Below are positions 29,867-40,216 of a DNA stretch of 64,000 nucleotides, one piece after another. This stretch comes from Deferribacterales bacterium. Its GTDB lineage: Bacteria; Chrysiogenota; Deferribacteres; Deferribacterales; Geovibrionaceae. Numbering within the stretch: the first letter of the stretch is position 1; every line of letters starts with the position of its first letter. A program made the translations under genes and the position numbers. The stretch lies in the NCBI GenBank assembly GCA_050253075.1, contig JBFWJS010000006.1, positions 64,001 through 128,000 of the forward strand. The letters run 5' to 3'. The notes under the pieces were generated by a model. It was not told the DNA's origin and did no database searches. It saw only the letters and a list, made by a program, of their open reading frames with translations.

Positions 29867-30565
29867 CTATACTCCTATAACATATAAGAAAAAACTAGTA
29901 ATAAAAAGCATGCCTACCAGTCCGAATACTATGTCTACCTTCTTCGCAATTGCGAGCCCTAGTAATAGATAGACCGTCAGTACTCCGAGAACCAGCGGGT
30001 TGAACTGTGCGCATTCCTTAACCAGAAACGACAGAAAAACCCCAAGCATAAACGTCGACATGGTATCAACATGGGTGGACCACTTATTAAAGCTGATCCT
30101 GTTGAAAAACATGATAACGTCTTTTCCGAGTGTTTTGCCCACCTCGTATCCGCTGAAACGGAAAGCAAGGTGAAGCATATTATATAAGCCAAGATAAGCT
30201 ATAAGTCCGTAAAGCGGATCGTAGTAGCCTATCAGTGCAGCAATGATAAAGCAGAGCGGACGGAGAGAATGCCAGAAAAAGCTGTCTCCGAGAGCTCCGA
30301 AAGCGGAAGCGTATACCTTTTTATAAAAGTCGGGCTGACCGCCCTTCTTCTTTTCGGTGATCCACATCCCCAGTATAAAGTTTGCGAGGTAAGGATGGGT
30401 GTGGAAATATTCTGTTTCTTTCAGCATCTCTTCCTCTGTGAGCTCCAGCCCTTCCTTCTTGGTGGCGTTCTCCACCAGATACCGGAATCCTGTCCCCTGC
30501 ATGTTCTCATGGTTCAGGTTTGCCTGATAAATGAGGCTTTTGAGTGCGATGATGAAATTATTCAT
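29867..30565 (-). CDS. PTS mannose/fructose/sorbose class IID (divergent)
   Basis: N.E.MQGTGF, YFHTHP, GALGDSFFW..LRP. Confidence 0.88.
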   Translation of the reverse strand: MNNFIIALKSLIYQANLNHENMQGTGFRYLVENATKKEGLELTEEEMLKETEYFHTHPYLANFILGMWITEKKKGGQPDFYKKVYASAFGALGDSFFWHSLRPLCFIIAALIGYYDPLYGLIAYLGLYNMLHLAFRFSGYEVGKTLGKDVIMFFNRISFNKWSTHVDTMSTFMLGVFLSFLVKECAQFNPLVLGVLTVYLLLGLAIAKKVDIVFGLVGMLFITSFFLYVIGV

Positions 30566-31212
30566 AATATCATCCACCCAGCCGCAAGTCCGCAGGCGAA
30601 AATGACGTATTTCACAAATGACTTAACAGAAAGAAACCTCACAACATAGCCCGAGAGGAATGTGAATATCATAAGCGAGAAGAGGAACAGATTAAACCTT
30701 GTCTCCAGATATCCGTGTATTGCGTTATATATGGCATAAACCAGCACGGTGCCCAGTCCGTATACCACCACGCCTCGGACAAATGCCGCAGCCATCCCCA
30801 GTAAAAGGAGCTGAAGCGCATTCACTCTCCCTCTTTCATACTGACGCATGAACAGCTTCTTATTAAAAGACCTGCCCAGCATACATGTATAAGTAACGGG
30901 GAACATGAGTAGTATGGAGATGAGGAAACCGAGTACAAATTCGTCCGAGTGCTCTATGGGGAGCATGGCAAACAGCATGCACGCTGCGAACGCCCCGAAA
31001 GAGTCTTCCTTTGGGATGCGTGTGCCGAAGGGCACATCAATAAGGCCAACAGCCTCGAACACCAGACCTATATAAAAACATTCCTGCTGATTCCCGAATA
31101 TGAGCCCCAGCACAAATGCAACAACTATCGGCCTGGACAGCATCAGATTGAAAGCTGCGAACCTGTCTACGGAGATCAGACCCGCATAAACTGCTGCCAG
31201 AAATAGATTCAA
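30562..31212 (-). CDS. PTS mannose class IIC (divergent)
   Basis: SRPIV, G..FE, G..IP; hydrophobic; sits between IIB and IID. Confidence 0.8.
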   Translation of the reverse strand: MNLFLAAVYAGLISVDRFAAFNLMLSRPIVVAFVLGLIFGNQQECFYIGLVFEAVGLIDVPFGTRIPKEDSFGAFAACMLFAMLPIEHSDEFVLGFLISILLMFPVTYTCMLGRSFNKKLFMRQYERGRVNALQLLLLGMAAAFVRGVVVYGLGTVLVYAIYNAIHGYLETRFNLFLFSLMIFTFLSGYVVRFLSVKSFVKYVIFACGLAAGWMIL

Positions 31213-31703
31213 AGATTCCCCTCCAGAAGGTCGGTGAAATTCATGATCTCTACGCTGGTCTCCCAGGGTACTTTGTGTATAAAGACCTCATGGTCTTTAC
31301 GTATCCTGCAGACCTTGTATATCTCTTCAGGGTTTAAGAAAACCGTGTTGGAAACTTCTATCTTATGCTCGCGGCTGGCGACGCAGCCGATATTTACGTA
31401 TACTTTGTCGTTGATGAGACCCCGCACTTCATAAAGCTCGTCGACAGTCTCCACCAGTATCAGCACATAGTCCTTTGCGTATCTGTCTGCATTGTAATGC
31501 GCCTTGAACTCTTCCATCGTGCAGATAGTGAGTTCTGTCCCGGGCGGTAAAGAACTGGAGTATATCATCTTTTGCAGCGGATCAGCCGAAACCCTGTCAT
31601 TCACCAGAATAACATGGTTTATCTTGAAATACTTGACCCAGCCTTCGATGACCTGTCCGTGTATCAGTCTGTCGTCTACTCGAAAAATGATCTTCTTCAT
31701 CAT
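31209..31703 (-). CDS. PTS mannose/sorbose class IIB
   Basis: RVDDRLIHGQV..W with phospho-His, VNIG. Confidence 0.92.
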   Translation of the reverse strand: MMKKIIFRVDDRLIHGQVIEGWVKYFKINHVILVNDRVSADPLQKMIYSSSLPPGTELTICTMEEFKAHYNADRYAKDYVLILVETVDELYEVRGLINDKVYVNIGCVASREHKIEVSNTVFLNPEEIYKVCRIRKDHEVFIHKVPWETSVEIMNFTDLLEGNL

Positions 31704-32101
31704 TTACCTTTAAGAAGCTGTCCTGCTACGATAATGCTTGTCTTTCCGGATTCTGCGCAGTCCTCGCATATGGCAGAGAGAGATTTGTTCTCTTTGCGCA
31801 CGCTGAGTGCTTTGATAAGCATAGGCAGATTAACCCCGGAAACCACCTCTACATTCTTAGAACCGAGGTAAGCCATTGATATATTGGAAGGGCTGCCGCC
31901 GAACATGTCTGTAAATACGATGGCGCCCGAATTAGCATATTTTTCTATAGATGACTCTATCTCATCAGCAATAGAAGAGAGGGATGCGCCCTCCTGCATG
32001 GAAATAGTGTCGATGTTGTCCTGTTTACCGACAATCATTTCCGCAGTTTTAATAAGCTCTTTACCGAATGAGCCGTGTGTCACTAATATAATTCCGATCA
32101 T
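31700..32101 (-). CDS. PTS mannose class IIA
   Basis: LVTHG, TDMFGGSPSN, GVNLPML. Confidence 0.93.
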   Translation of the reverse strand: MIGIILVTHGSFGKELIKTAEMIVGKQDNIDTISMQEGASLSSIADEIESSIEKYANSGAIVFTDMFGGSPSNISMAYLGSKNVEVVSGVNLPMLIKALSVRKENKSLSAICEDCAESGKTSIIVAGQLLKGK

Positions 32102-32105
32102 CTGA

Positions 32106-32963
32106 TCACCTGTCCAAGTCTCTGTGTCTTATATTTACCTTGTGATTAGTCTTACTTTCAAGGTATTTAGCAATAAATTCTACGTTTGCGACAGATCTGT
32201 GCCTGCCGCCGGTGCAGCCAATGGAAACCGTGAGAAACTTTTTCCCTTCCCGTATGTAGTTAGGGACGAGGAATCCCAGCATCTCCTTGAGTTGTTTCAG
32301 GAACTTTTTTGCCGCAGGGTCGGAAAAGACGTATTCTCTGACTGCTTCGTCCTTGCCCGTCATCTCCCTGAGCTCTTCGTTGAAATATGGATTTTTCAGA
32401 AAGCGCACATCAAACACAAGGTCAGAATCGAGCGGTAGCCCGTACTTAAACCCAAAGGACTGAACAGTGATGACCATAGCATTACTATCGCCCTCTGCAA
32501 AAGCCTCTTCCAGCCTGGCTTTCAGCTGGTGTACATTCAGCTTTGAAGTGTCTATGGCGAGGTCGGAAAGCTCTCTCACAGGGAGCAGAACATTAGCCTC
32601 GTGCGCTATCGCTTCCATGAGGTTGTCCCCCATGGGGTGTTTTCTTCTTGTCTCTTTATATCTCTGGAGCAGGACATCCTCATCAGCATACATGAAGACT
32701 ATCTTTGCCCCGTATTTCTCTTTCAGTGTTAACAGCTTATCATACATCACGTCTATGTCTTTGCTTCTGGCGTCTATGACGAGAGCGACATTGTGAAGGT
32801 CGTTATCAAAGCTGATCATGATGTCTACGAGTTTATCGAGGAGCTTTAAGGGAAGGTTGTCTATGGTGTAGTAGCCGAGGTCTTCGATAGTTGACGCCGC
32901 AACAGACTTCCCTGCACCGGAAAGCCCCGTGAGCACAACAAGTGATTTATCGAATCCTTTCAT
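32106..32963 (-). CDS. rapZ: RNase adapter RapZ (YvcJ)
   Basis: TGLSGAGKS, DNLP, TRRKHP, SFGFKYG, DVRFL.NP, GCTGGRHRSV. Confidence 0.96.
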   Translation of the reverse strand: MKGFDKSLVVLTGLSGAGKSVAASTIEDLGYYTIDNLPLKLLDKLVDIMISFDNDLHNVALVIDARSKDIDVMYDKLLTLKEKYGAKIVFMYADEDVLLQRYKETRRKHPMGDNLMEAIAHEANVLLPVRELSDLAIDTSKLNVHQLKARLEEAFAEGDSNAMVITVQSFGFKYGLPLDSDLVFDVRFLKNPYFNEELREMTGKDEAVREYVFSDPAAKKFLKQLKEMLGFLVPNYIREGKKFLTVSIGCTGGRHRSVANVEFIAKYLESKTNHKVNIRHRDLDR

Positions 32964-32965
32964 CG

Positions 32966-33958
32966 CTACTCCACGCTTTTACTGCGTAACTTTTTTTCTA
33001 TCTCTTTGTGTCTCTCTTTGGCTGCTTCCGGGTTTATGTTCATCAGCAGCTTTTCAGAGAATTCCTTTGCCGAGTCATAGCCCATTATCTTTAAAAGATG
33101 ATTTCTGGCAGCGACTTCCACTATTACCGCCATGTTTCTTCCGGCGCTGATAGGCAAAAGTATTTTCGGCACTTTGAGTGTTAATATCTCTTGGTATTTA
33201 TTATCAAGACCAAGTCTATCATAAGAAGCATCAGGATTCCAGTCTGTAAACTCCACGACGAGCTCAAGTTTTTTCCTCTGTCTGATGGCTGTCACGCCGA
33301 ACATATCTTTTATATTGATAATGCCCAGCCCTCTGACCTCCATATGGTGCGCCAGCATGTCGGAGCTGCGCCCTTCGAGGTATTCCTGAACCTTTCTAAA
33401 GAGGATGATATCATCCGCTACGAGCCTGTGTCCCCGCTTTATAAGCTCTACGGCACATTCGCTCTTTCCGATGCCGCTGCGCCCGGTGATGAGCACGCCC
33501 ACACCGAAAATATCCATGAAAACACCGTGACAGTTGGTCTCCGGTGCGAGATTTTCTTCTAGATATATCATTAAGCTCTGAATAGCTTCAGAGCTAGGTA
33601 AGTCTGTTTTTAAAAGGGGTACTCCCGCAATGCGCACGGCACTGAGGAGTTCTTTGGGAAGATGAAGATTTTTTGTGATAACAAAGCAGCATATCTCACG
33701 GTTGCATACGTGGGATATGGCCTTTTCCCTCTGTTCGGGAGTAAGTGTCCAGAGATAGGACAATTCAGTATTGCCCAGAACCTGAACCCTGCCCCCGTGT
33801 ATGTGGTCTGCGAAACCAGCAAGGGCGAGACCCGGCTTCTGAATTCGGTAGCTAGTGATATATCTGCCTTTCAGGTGTTGTTTACCGTAGACCAGCTTTA
33901 GCTTAAGGTGCTCGGCTTCTTCACCCAAAAGGTCTGAGACAGGCACTACCTTCTTCAT
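32966..33958 (-). CDS. hprK: HPr(Ser) kinase/phosphatase
   Basis: HGV, GRSGIGKSE, GHRLVADD, EVRGLGII, GRN. Confidence 0.96.
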   Translation of the reverse strand: MKKVVPVSDLLGEEAEHLKLKLVYGKQHLKGRYITSYRIQKPGLALAGFADHIHGGRVQVLGNTELSYLWTLTPEQREKAISHVCNREICCFVITKNLHLPKELLSAVRIAGVPLLKTDLPSSEAIQSLMIYLEENLAPETNCHGVFMDIFGVGVLITGRSGIGKSECAVELIKRGHRLVADDIILFRKVQEYLEGRSSDMLAHHMEVRGLGIINIKDMFGVTAIRQRKKLELVVEFTDWNPDASYDRLGLDNKYQEILTLKVPKILLPISAGRNMAVIVEVAARNHLLKIMGYDSAKEFSEKLLMNINPEAAKERHKEIEKKLRSKSVE

Positions 33959-34419
33959 CAGAGCTTGGCTTCCTCCTCTTTAAGGATGCTGCAGACATCA
34001 GATGATGTCACACCATCGGCGAGAACTTTGTTTTTGAAATCTGTGAGCTTCACCAGACGGCTTATGCGTGCCAGCGTTTTCAGGTGCAGGTTCATCTGTT
34101 TATCAGATGCCAGAAGCAGGAAAAACAGCTTAACGGGTTCTCCGTCTGCTGCTCCGAACTCCACTCCGTCCCTGTTAATGCCGACCAGTATCGTAAGGTC
34201 TGTGAGCTCTTTCATTTTTGCGTGAGGGATAGCGACCTGCTCTCCCACACCGGTACTGCCGAGCGACTCTCTCTCCACCAGGGCAGAGAGAGCGTCGTCG
34301 GAATTATTTACTATACCGTTTTTAACTAATACATCCGTCATCTCTTTCAGCACGCCTTGTTTGTCGGATGCGGAAAGAGTAACGATCGAATTCTCGTCTA
34401 TGTATTCAGTAAGTGCCAT
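33958..34419 (-). CDS. ptsN: PTS IIA(Ntr)-like protein
   Basis: ERESLGSTGVG..AIPH, HLKTLARIS; in rpoN cluster. Confidence 0.9.
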   Translation of the reverse strand: MALTEYIDENSIVTLSASDKQGVLKEMTDVLVKNGIVNNSDDALSALVERESLGSTGVGEQVAIPHAKMKELTDLTILVGINRDGVEFGAADGEPVKLFFLLLASDKQMNLHLKTLARISRLVKLTDFKNKVLADGVTSSDVCSILKEEEAKL

Positions 34420-34432
34420 TTACCAATGCCTC

Positions 34433-34966
34433 TTAGGACTCAATGAGTCCGATGTTTCCATCGTCACGCTGGTAAACGACAGCCACTTCGTTAGACTCAG
34501 AGTTTCTGAATACGAAGAAGGACTTGTTAAGAAGATCCATCTGCATAACAGCCTCTTCCGGGTCCATAGGCTTAACAGGGATATCCTTAGTGATGATAAC
34601 TCTTGTTTCGCTGTCTTCGACACTCTGAGAGTCGAGTACGTTCAGCTTAAGAGGTGTATCATACTCTTTGTCCTGAAGTTTTTTATCTTTCAGCTTCTCT
34701 TTGTATTTTACAAGCTGTTTCTCGATCTTGTCTGTTGCAAGGTCAATGGAAGCGTAAAGGTCCTCTGATTTCTCAAGTCCTTTCATGAAGACGCCTTTTG
34801 CTGAAAGAAGAACTTCGACGATATGGACATTTTTCTGTACTTCAAGGAGTACACTTGCCTCTGTTATATGGTCAAAGTATTTTTCCAGTTTGGAAACCTT
34901 CTTCTCTGCGTAATTTCTGATGGCATCTGTTAAGTCGATGTTTCTGGCAGTGATTTGAATGTTCAT
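34433..34966 (-). CDS. hpf: Ribosome hibernation promoting factor (long HPF)
   Basis: DLYASID..K..KQL, C-terminal KPMDPEEAVMQM..F.VF..YQRDDG. Confidence 0.94.
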   Translation of the reverse strand: MNIQITARNIDLTDAIRNYAEKKVSKLEKYFDHITEASVLLEVQKNVHIVEVLLSAKGVFMKGLEKSEDLYASIDLATDKIEKQLVKYKEKLKDKKLQDKEYDTPLKLNVLDSQSVEDSETRVIITKDIPVKPMDPEEAVMQMDLLNKSFFVFRNSESNEVAVVYQRDDGNIGLIES

Positions 34967-34968
34967 GC

Positions 34969-36399
34969 CTACCTCCTACTACGTTTCCGTTGTGATTTTG
35001 TGGGGATGTTCATCTCATCCCTGTATTTAGCCACGGTACGTCGGGCAATTTTTATCCCTTCTCCGTTCAAAAGTTCTACTATTTTCTGATCGCTATGTGG
35101 TTTTTCAGGATTCTCCGCATCTACAATAGACTTTATCATGCTTTTCACTTTCTGCGTAGACATGTCACCTTCGTCGGTGTCCAGACCTTTTACAAAGAAT
35201 GATTTAAGCTCGAAAAGCCCCTGCTCAGTCATCGCATATTTACCGGAAGTGACACGGCTGACGGTGGATTCGTGCAGACCTGTCTCCTCTGCGATATCTT
35301 TGAGCTTTAGCGGTTTAAGAAAATCGACACCCCTCTCTAGAAAATCAGATTGAACCTCTGTAAGTACCTTTACTACTTTATATATTGCTTTCTGACGTTT
35401 GTTAAGACTTTTAATGAGCCAGATAGCATTTTTTACCTTTTCTTCGATATACTCCTTTGTCCCGCCGTCTAATTCTTTGTTTTTCAGCAGGCTGAGATAG
35501 TAGCTGTTCATACGTAATGTAGGCATACCGTCTTCATTGAGTATAATATCGTACTCTCCGTCTTTTTTTACAATATATACGTCCGGAGTGACCGCATGAT
35601 TTGTATCACGTGAAAAGTTCAGCCCCGGCTTCGGGTCTGTCTTACGCATGAGAAAAAGCATGTAGTCAAATGTGTCGTCCTCAATGCTGAGGCTGGCTTT
35701 GATATCGTCGTAACGATAGGCGATGAGGTCTTTCTCGTGGTTTTCGAGAAGTTCCGCTATGAAGTCTATATACACCTGCTCCGCACCGAAAGATTTAAGC
35801 TGCACGGCGATACACTCACGCAGTGTTCTTGATGCTATCCCCGCAGGGTCGAATGTCTGTATCAGTTTAAGAGCTTCTTCTGCTGTTGCTTCGTCAACTC
35901 CTGCATAGTCGCATACCTCTTCTATCTCAAGGTCGAAATAACCTTCCTCTGAGAGGCTGCCTATGATGTATTCCCCTGCTCTGAGTATATCAGGCTCACA
36001 GCCGAGAACTTTTAGCTGGTAAAGAAGGTGTCCATAGAGGTTTTCGTGCCCGCTGACGAACTTCTCAAGGTCATAGCCCTCATCATCGCTGGGAGTATAG
36101 GATATCTCTCCTGAGTCTCTGTAGAGCTCCTCCCAATCGATCTTTTCAAGGTCTTCGCTTGAAACGTCATCTTTGGCATCTTTCTCTTCAGTTTCTTCTT
36201 TATTTTCCGTTTTCTCCTCGTCGGGCTGCTCTTCTGTTTCTTCCAGAACAGGGTTTTCGGCGAGGAATGTATTCAATTCCTGTAAAAGATCGGTCAGAGG
36301 CATCTGAAGGATAGAGAGAGACTGCTTCATCTGCGGTGTTATGTGCAGTTTCTGAGACAGTTTCCCGCTTATTTCCAGATTAAGTCTGCCGCTTTTCAC
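34969..36399 (-). CDS. rpoN: RNA polymerase sigma-54
   Basis: ENPVLE, DPAG, HESTVSR, RpoN box ARRTVAKYR. Confidence 0.97.
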   Translation of the reverse strand: MKSGRLNLEISGKLSQKLHITPQMKQSLSILQMPLTDLLQELNTFLAENPVLEETEEQPDEEKTENKEETEEKDAKDDVSSEDLEKIDWEELYRDSGEISYTPSDDEGYDLEKFVSGHENLYGHLLYQLKVLGCEPDILRAGEYIIGSLSEEGYFDLEIEEVCDYAGVDEATAEEALKLIQTFDPAGIASRTLRECIAVQLKSFGAEQVYIDFIAELLENHEKDLIAYRYDDIKASLSIEDDTFDYMLFLMRKTDPKPGLNFSRDTNHAVTPDVYIVKKDGEYDIILNEDGMPTLRMNSYYLSLLKNKELDGGTKEYIEEKVKNAIWLIKSLNKRQKAIYKVVKVLTEVQSDFLERGVDFLKPLKLKDIAEETGLHESTVSRVTSGKYAMTEQGLFELKSFFVKGLDTDEGDMSTQKVKSMIKSIVDAENPEKPHSDQKIVELLNGEGIKIARRTVAKYRDEMNIPTKSQRKRSRR

Positions 36400-37115
36400 A
36401 GTGTAAAATCCTTTCCTAAGTATCTGTCGATAACCTGATCATGCTTCACGATGTCCGAAGGATGCCCCTCGGTGAGCACATTACCGTCTGCGATGATGTA
36501 TGCTCTGTCGGTTATCTTGAGTGTTTCACGTACGTTGTGGTCTGTTATCAGTACGCCTATGCCCATGTCTCTCAGAGAGAATATCATATTCTGAATGTCG
36601 GATACGGATATAGGATCAATGCCTGAAAAAGGTTCGTCCAGAAGTATAACCTCGGGTTCGCCCGACATACATCTTGCTATCTCGACCCTTCTGCGCTCTC
36701 CGCCCGAAAGCGAATAGCCGAGAGACCTTGCCACCTTCTGCAGGTTAAAGTCTTCTATAAGACGCTCTGTGCGCTCTTTTATCAGGCTTTTGTCTCTGTA
36801 TTTCAGTTCAAGTGCTGCGTAGATATTGTCGTAAACTGACATTTTGCGAAAGACAGACGGTTCCTGCGGCAGGTATCCGATACCTCCGAGGCTGCGTTTG
36901 TGCATTGAGCTGTAGGTGATGTCTTCGCCGTTCAGGTGGACAGACCCGCCGTCAGGGCGCACCAGACCTACTATCATATAGAATGTTGTGGTTTTACCGG
37001 CACCGTTAGGGCCGAGAAGTCCTACAATTTCGCCCTTATCAACTCCGATACTGACGTTCTCGACGACAGTACGTTTTTTATATATTTTTACAAGCTGTTG
37101 AGCTCTAAGTGCCAA
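36396..37115 (-). CDS. lptB: LPS export ABC transporter ATPase
   Basis: GPNGAGKTT, YLPQE, LSGGERRR, LLDEPF..DP, ITDHNVRET; TTG 37115 with AGGAG. Confidence 0.95.
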   Translation of the reverse strand: MALRAQQLVKIYKKRTVVENVSIGVDKGEIVGLLGPNGAGKTTTFYMIVGLVRPDGGSVHLNGEDITYSSMHKRSLGGIGYLPQEPSVFRKMSVYDNIYAALELKYRDKSLIKERTERLIEDFNLQKVARSLGYSLSGGERRRVEIARCMSGEPEVILLDEPFSGIDPISVSDIQNMIFSLRDMGIGVLITDHNVRETLKITDRAYIIADGNVLTEGHPSDIVKHDQVIDRYLGKDFTL

Positions 37116-37116
37116 G

Positions 37117-37623
37117 TTACTTATTCTCCTTCTGAGGGGTAATGATGATCTTAACTCTTTTATCGTCATCATTGCCTTTATCCACAAAGAGTTTTTCCGA
37201 ATCAAGGAAGAGCGTCACCTTATCACCTTCGAGATAATTGTCTTCCTGCCATACACGTGCGTTCTCTGTGAGAACGACCTTCTGCTCCTGCTGATATATT
37301 CTGGCAAAGCCGGATAAAGCGAGGAGTCCTTCTCTTTCTATCTTAACATCACCTTTGCTAAAAATCTCTTTCACTTCCTTTTCTTCGGTGAAATAGACCT
37401 CCATCTCTTTGGATGTCATCTTCAGGTCGCCTTTAATAACGACTACATTACCTGTAAAATGCGACATCTGCTTGTCGCCGTAATATTTCATGTTGTCCGC
37501 TTCTACCTGTATAGGCTCGTTTTTAGCCGCCTGCTGTTCCTCGGCAAAGGCCGCCGCAGAGCAGAGCACAAGCAGTGATATGATGCTAATCTTTATTAAA
37601 ATTGACTTTAACATTTCCGTCAA
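37117..37623 (-). CDS. lptA: LPS transport periplasmic protein LptA (OstA-like)
   Basis: Signal peptide, PI.VEAD, FTGNVVV, L.ENARV.Q; synteny. Confidence 0.88.
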   Translation of the reverse strand: MTEMLKSILIKISIISLLVLCSAAAFAEEQQAAKNEPIQVEADNMKYYGDKQMSHFTGNVVVIKGDLKMTSKEMEVYFTEEKEVKEIFSKGDVKIEREGLLALSGFARIYQQEQKVVLTENARVWQEDNYLEGDKVTLFLDSEKLFVDKGNDDDKRVKIIITPQKENK

Positions 37624-38125
37624 ACTCCAAAATATTCTTTTTATGATAAATCATTGCTTTATTTGATAAAATAGTACCTTCTTCACCTTTCACAAGGACA
37701 TTTCCTGTCATGATGCCCTCTTCCGTCGTAAAGTCGTAATCAAAAGTACCTTCATCACCTGTTTCGAATGCAAGTCCGTTAACAACCCCGTGGATCCTGC
37801 CGCTTGCTTTCATAAAGACCTCTTCCTTCAGCATACCTTTATCGGCATTGGCCGTGAGGTCTGTTTCACCCTTTTTATATACAAGGGAGAATCTGGTAAG
37901 GTCGGCAGTCTTATCATTTTTATTAAGCACGGCGATATCCGCATTCAGCTTATAAAAATTGTTCTGCTCGTCCACAACCTTAGCAAGCTCGAAATTATTT
38001 ATCTCTATCTCGTTCTTTTTGACGTTTATCTTGATCTGATTCTTCTCGCCGCCACGCAGCCCGAAGACCGCCAAAACAGCCAGAATGATGATCAGGATAA
38101 AAATTTGCTTTTTATATCTTCCCAT
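37586..38125 (-). CDS. lptC: LPS export protein LptC (divergent)
   Basis: N-terminal TM then beta-rich domain; kdsC-lptC-lptA-lptB synteny. Confidence 0.7.
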   Translation of the reverse strand: MGRYKKQIFILIIILAVLAVFGLRGGEKNQIKINVKKNEIEINNFELAKVVDEQNNFYKLNADIAVLNKNDKTADLTRFSLVYKKGETDLTANADKGMLKEEVFMKASGRIHGVVNGLAFETGDEGTFDYDFTTEEGIMTGNVLVKGEEGTILSNKAMIYHKKNILEFDGNVKVNFNKD

Positions 38126-38598
38126 TGGCCGTTTCTCTCGAGGATAGCCTCGATAAACTCTCTTACAGCTCCACGCCCGCCGCCTCTGACAGTCACATAG
38201 TCCACTATGCCCTTCATATAGTCAAAAGCGTCGGCAACAGTGGCGGAGAAGCCCACAGCCTTCAGAAGAGAGATGTCGTTAAGGTCGTCGCCCATGTATG
38301 CGACATTGGCATCGCTGATGCCCATCTCCTCTTTCAGCATGCGGTAGCATTCGAGCTTATCCTTTACCCCTGTATAAACTCGTCTGATACCCAGCTCTGC
38401 CGTACGCAGGTCTGTAACGATGGATTTACGGCCTGATATTATCACTATCTCTATGCCGCATTTCTGAGCCAGTTTTATCCCCAGCCCGTCCTTCACGTCA
38501 AAACGTTTGGTCTCGTGCCCGTTCTCATCATATATTATCCCGCCGTCGGTCATAACACCGTCTACGTCGAGTATGAGAACGCTGATTTTATCTTTCAA
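38092..38598 (-). CDS. kdsC: KDO 8-phosphate phosphatase (HAD)
   Basis: LDVDGVMTDG, FDVKDGLG, ISGR, MGDDLND, GGRGAVRE. Confidence 0.93.
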   Translation of the reverse strand: MKDKISVLILDVDGVMTDGGIIYDENGHETKRFDVKDGLGIKLAQKCGIEIVIISGRKSIVTDLRTAELGIRRVYTGVKDKLECYRMLKEEMGISDANVAYMGDDLNDISLLKAVGFSATVADAFDYMKGIVDYVTVRGGGRGAVREFIEAILERNGQWEDIKSKFLS

Positions 38599-38602
38599 TA
38601 TA

Positions 38603-40216
38603 TCAGCCTTCTGTTTTGTCTTTGTTATAGTTGTAAGCCGCTTCTATAAAGCTCTTAAAGAGCGGATGCGGGAAGAACGGCTTAGACTTAAACTCAGGGT
38701 GGAACTGACATCCGAGGAACCATCTGTTAGATTTCAGCTCGAATATCTCTGCAAGCCCTCTCTCTTCATTGACACCGATAAGTGAGAGTCCGTTCGAAAC
38801 TATTGCATCTTTATATGCATTGTTGAACTCGAGTCTGTGTCTGTGACGCTCGGATATGTTTTTCTCGCCGTAAGCTCTGAAAGCTGTGCTGTCCTCGTCG
38901 AGAGTACAGTCGTAAGCACCGAGGCGCATTGTACCGCCCATCTGAGTGATGTTCTTCTGCTCGTTCATATAGTCGATCACAGGGTTCGTAGTAGTAGTAT
39001 CAAACTCTACACTGTGCGCATCTTCCAGCTTAAGAACGTTTCTGGCAAATTCTATCACGATACACTGAAGACCGAGGCAGATACCAAAGAGAGGTATGTC
39101 CTTAAGTCTTGCATAGTTGATAGCTCTGATCTTTCCTTCGATGCCTCTTTCGCCGAAACCGCCGGGGACGAGTATTCCGTCCACATCAGAGAATATCTCT
39201 TCCGGCTTTCCGCCGTTTTCGAGGTCTTCTGCATCTATACGCTTAACGTTGACTTTCACTTTATTAGCGATACCGCCGTGCATGAGAGCTTCATTAATAC
39301 TGATATATGCGTCTTTGAGGTCTACGTATTTACCGACGAGTCCGATAGTAACTTCGCCCTCAGGTTTTTTGATGCGGTGTACGATCTCTTCCCATTTGCT
39401 GATGTCTGAGACACGCTCATCCATTTTCAGCTTTTTCAGGACGAGGGCCGCAATCCCCTGCTCACGCATCATTATCGGCACTTCATAAATGGTCTTAGCA
39501 TCCAGACAGCTTATAACTGCTTCTTTTGAAACGTTACAGAAGAGAGCTATCTTCTTCTTCATGCTGTCGCCCAGAGGCATCTCCGAACGGCAGACGAGGA
39601 TATCCGGCTGGATACCGATCTCTCTAAGTGTCTTAACAGAGTGCTGTGTAGGCTTTGTTTTAAGCTCTCCCGCACTCTTGATGTATGGAACAAGTGTGAG
39701 GTGTATGTAGCACACATCCTCTTCTTCTATGTCGAATTTGATCTGTCTGATGGACTCGAGGAAAGGGAGTGACTCGATGTCGCCCACTGTTCCGCCGATC
39801 TCGATGAGAACTATGTCGTAGTTCTCTGCATCTTTAAAGATGTTCATCTTTATCTCGTCGGTGATGTGAGGGATAACCTGCACAGTACCGCCGAGGTAGT
39901 CTCCGTTACGCTCTTTATCGAGCACGGATTTATATATCTTTCCTGCTGTAATGTTGCTTACTTTCGATGTATTAGTGCTGAGATACCTTTCATAGTGACC
40001 AAGGTCGAGGTCGGTCTCTGCACCGTCTTCGGTAACAAATACTTCACCGTGCTGGAACGGGCTCATTGTTCCGGGATCCACGTTCAGATACGGATCGTAT
40101 TTTTTGATTGTTACCTTGTAACCTCTTGATTCAAGAAGCGCACCCACAGATGCCGCCGTAATACCTTTTCCGAGTGATGATAAAACTCCACCAGTGATAA
40201 AAACAAACTTTGCCAT
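38603..40216 (-). CDS. pyrG: CTP synthase
   Basis: [40 protein letters not shown]. Confidence 0.98.
   Translation of the reverse strand: MAKFVFITGGVLSSLGKGITAASVGALLESRGYKVTIKKYDPYLNVDPGTMSPFQHGEVFVTEDGAETDLDLGHYERYLSTNTSKVSNITAGKIYKSVLDKERNGDYLGGTVQVIPHITDEIKMNIFKDAENYDIVLIEIGGTVGDIESLPFLESIRQIKFDIEEEDVCYIHLTLVPYIKSAGELKTKPTQHSVKTLREIGIQPDILVCRSEMPLGDSMKKKIALFCNVSKEAVISCLDAKTIYEVPIMMREQGIAALVLKKLKMDERVSDISKWEEIVHRIKKPEGEVTIGLVGKYVDLKDAYISINEALMHGGIANKVKVNVKRIDAEDLENGGKPEEIFSDVDGILVPGGFGERGIEGKIRAINYARLKDIPLFGICLGLQCIVIEFARNVLKLEDAHSVEFDTTTTNPVIDYMNEQKNITQMGGTMRLGAYDCTLDEDSTAFRAYGEKNISERHRHRLEFNNAYKDAIVSNGLSLIGVNEERGLAEIFELKSNRWFLGCQFHPEFKSKPFFPHPLFKSFIEAAYNYNKDKTEG

Noticed and set aside
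34420..34623. Alternate-frame 67-aa ORF overlapping the hpf 3' end and ending at the ptsN start
   Set aside because: No motif or clear SD; hpf explains the sequence
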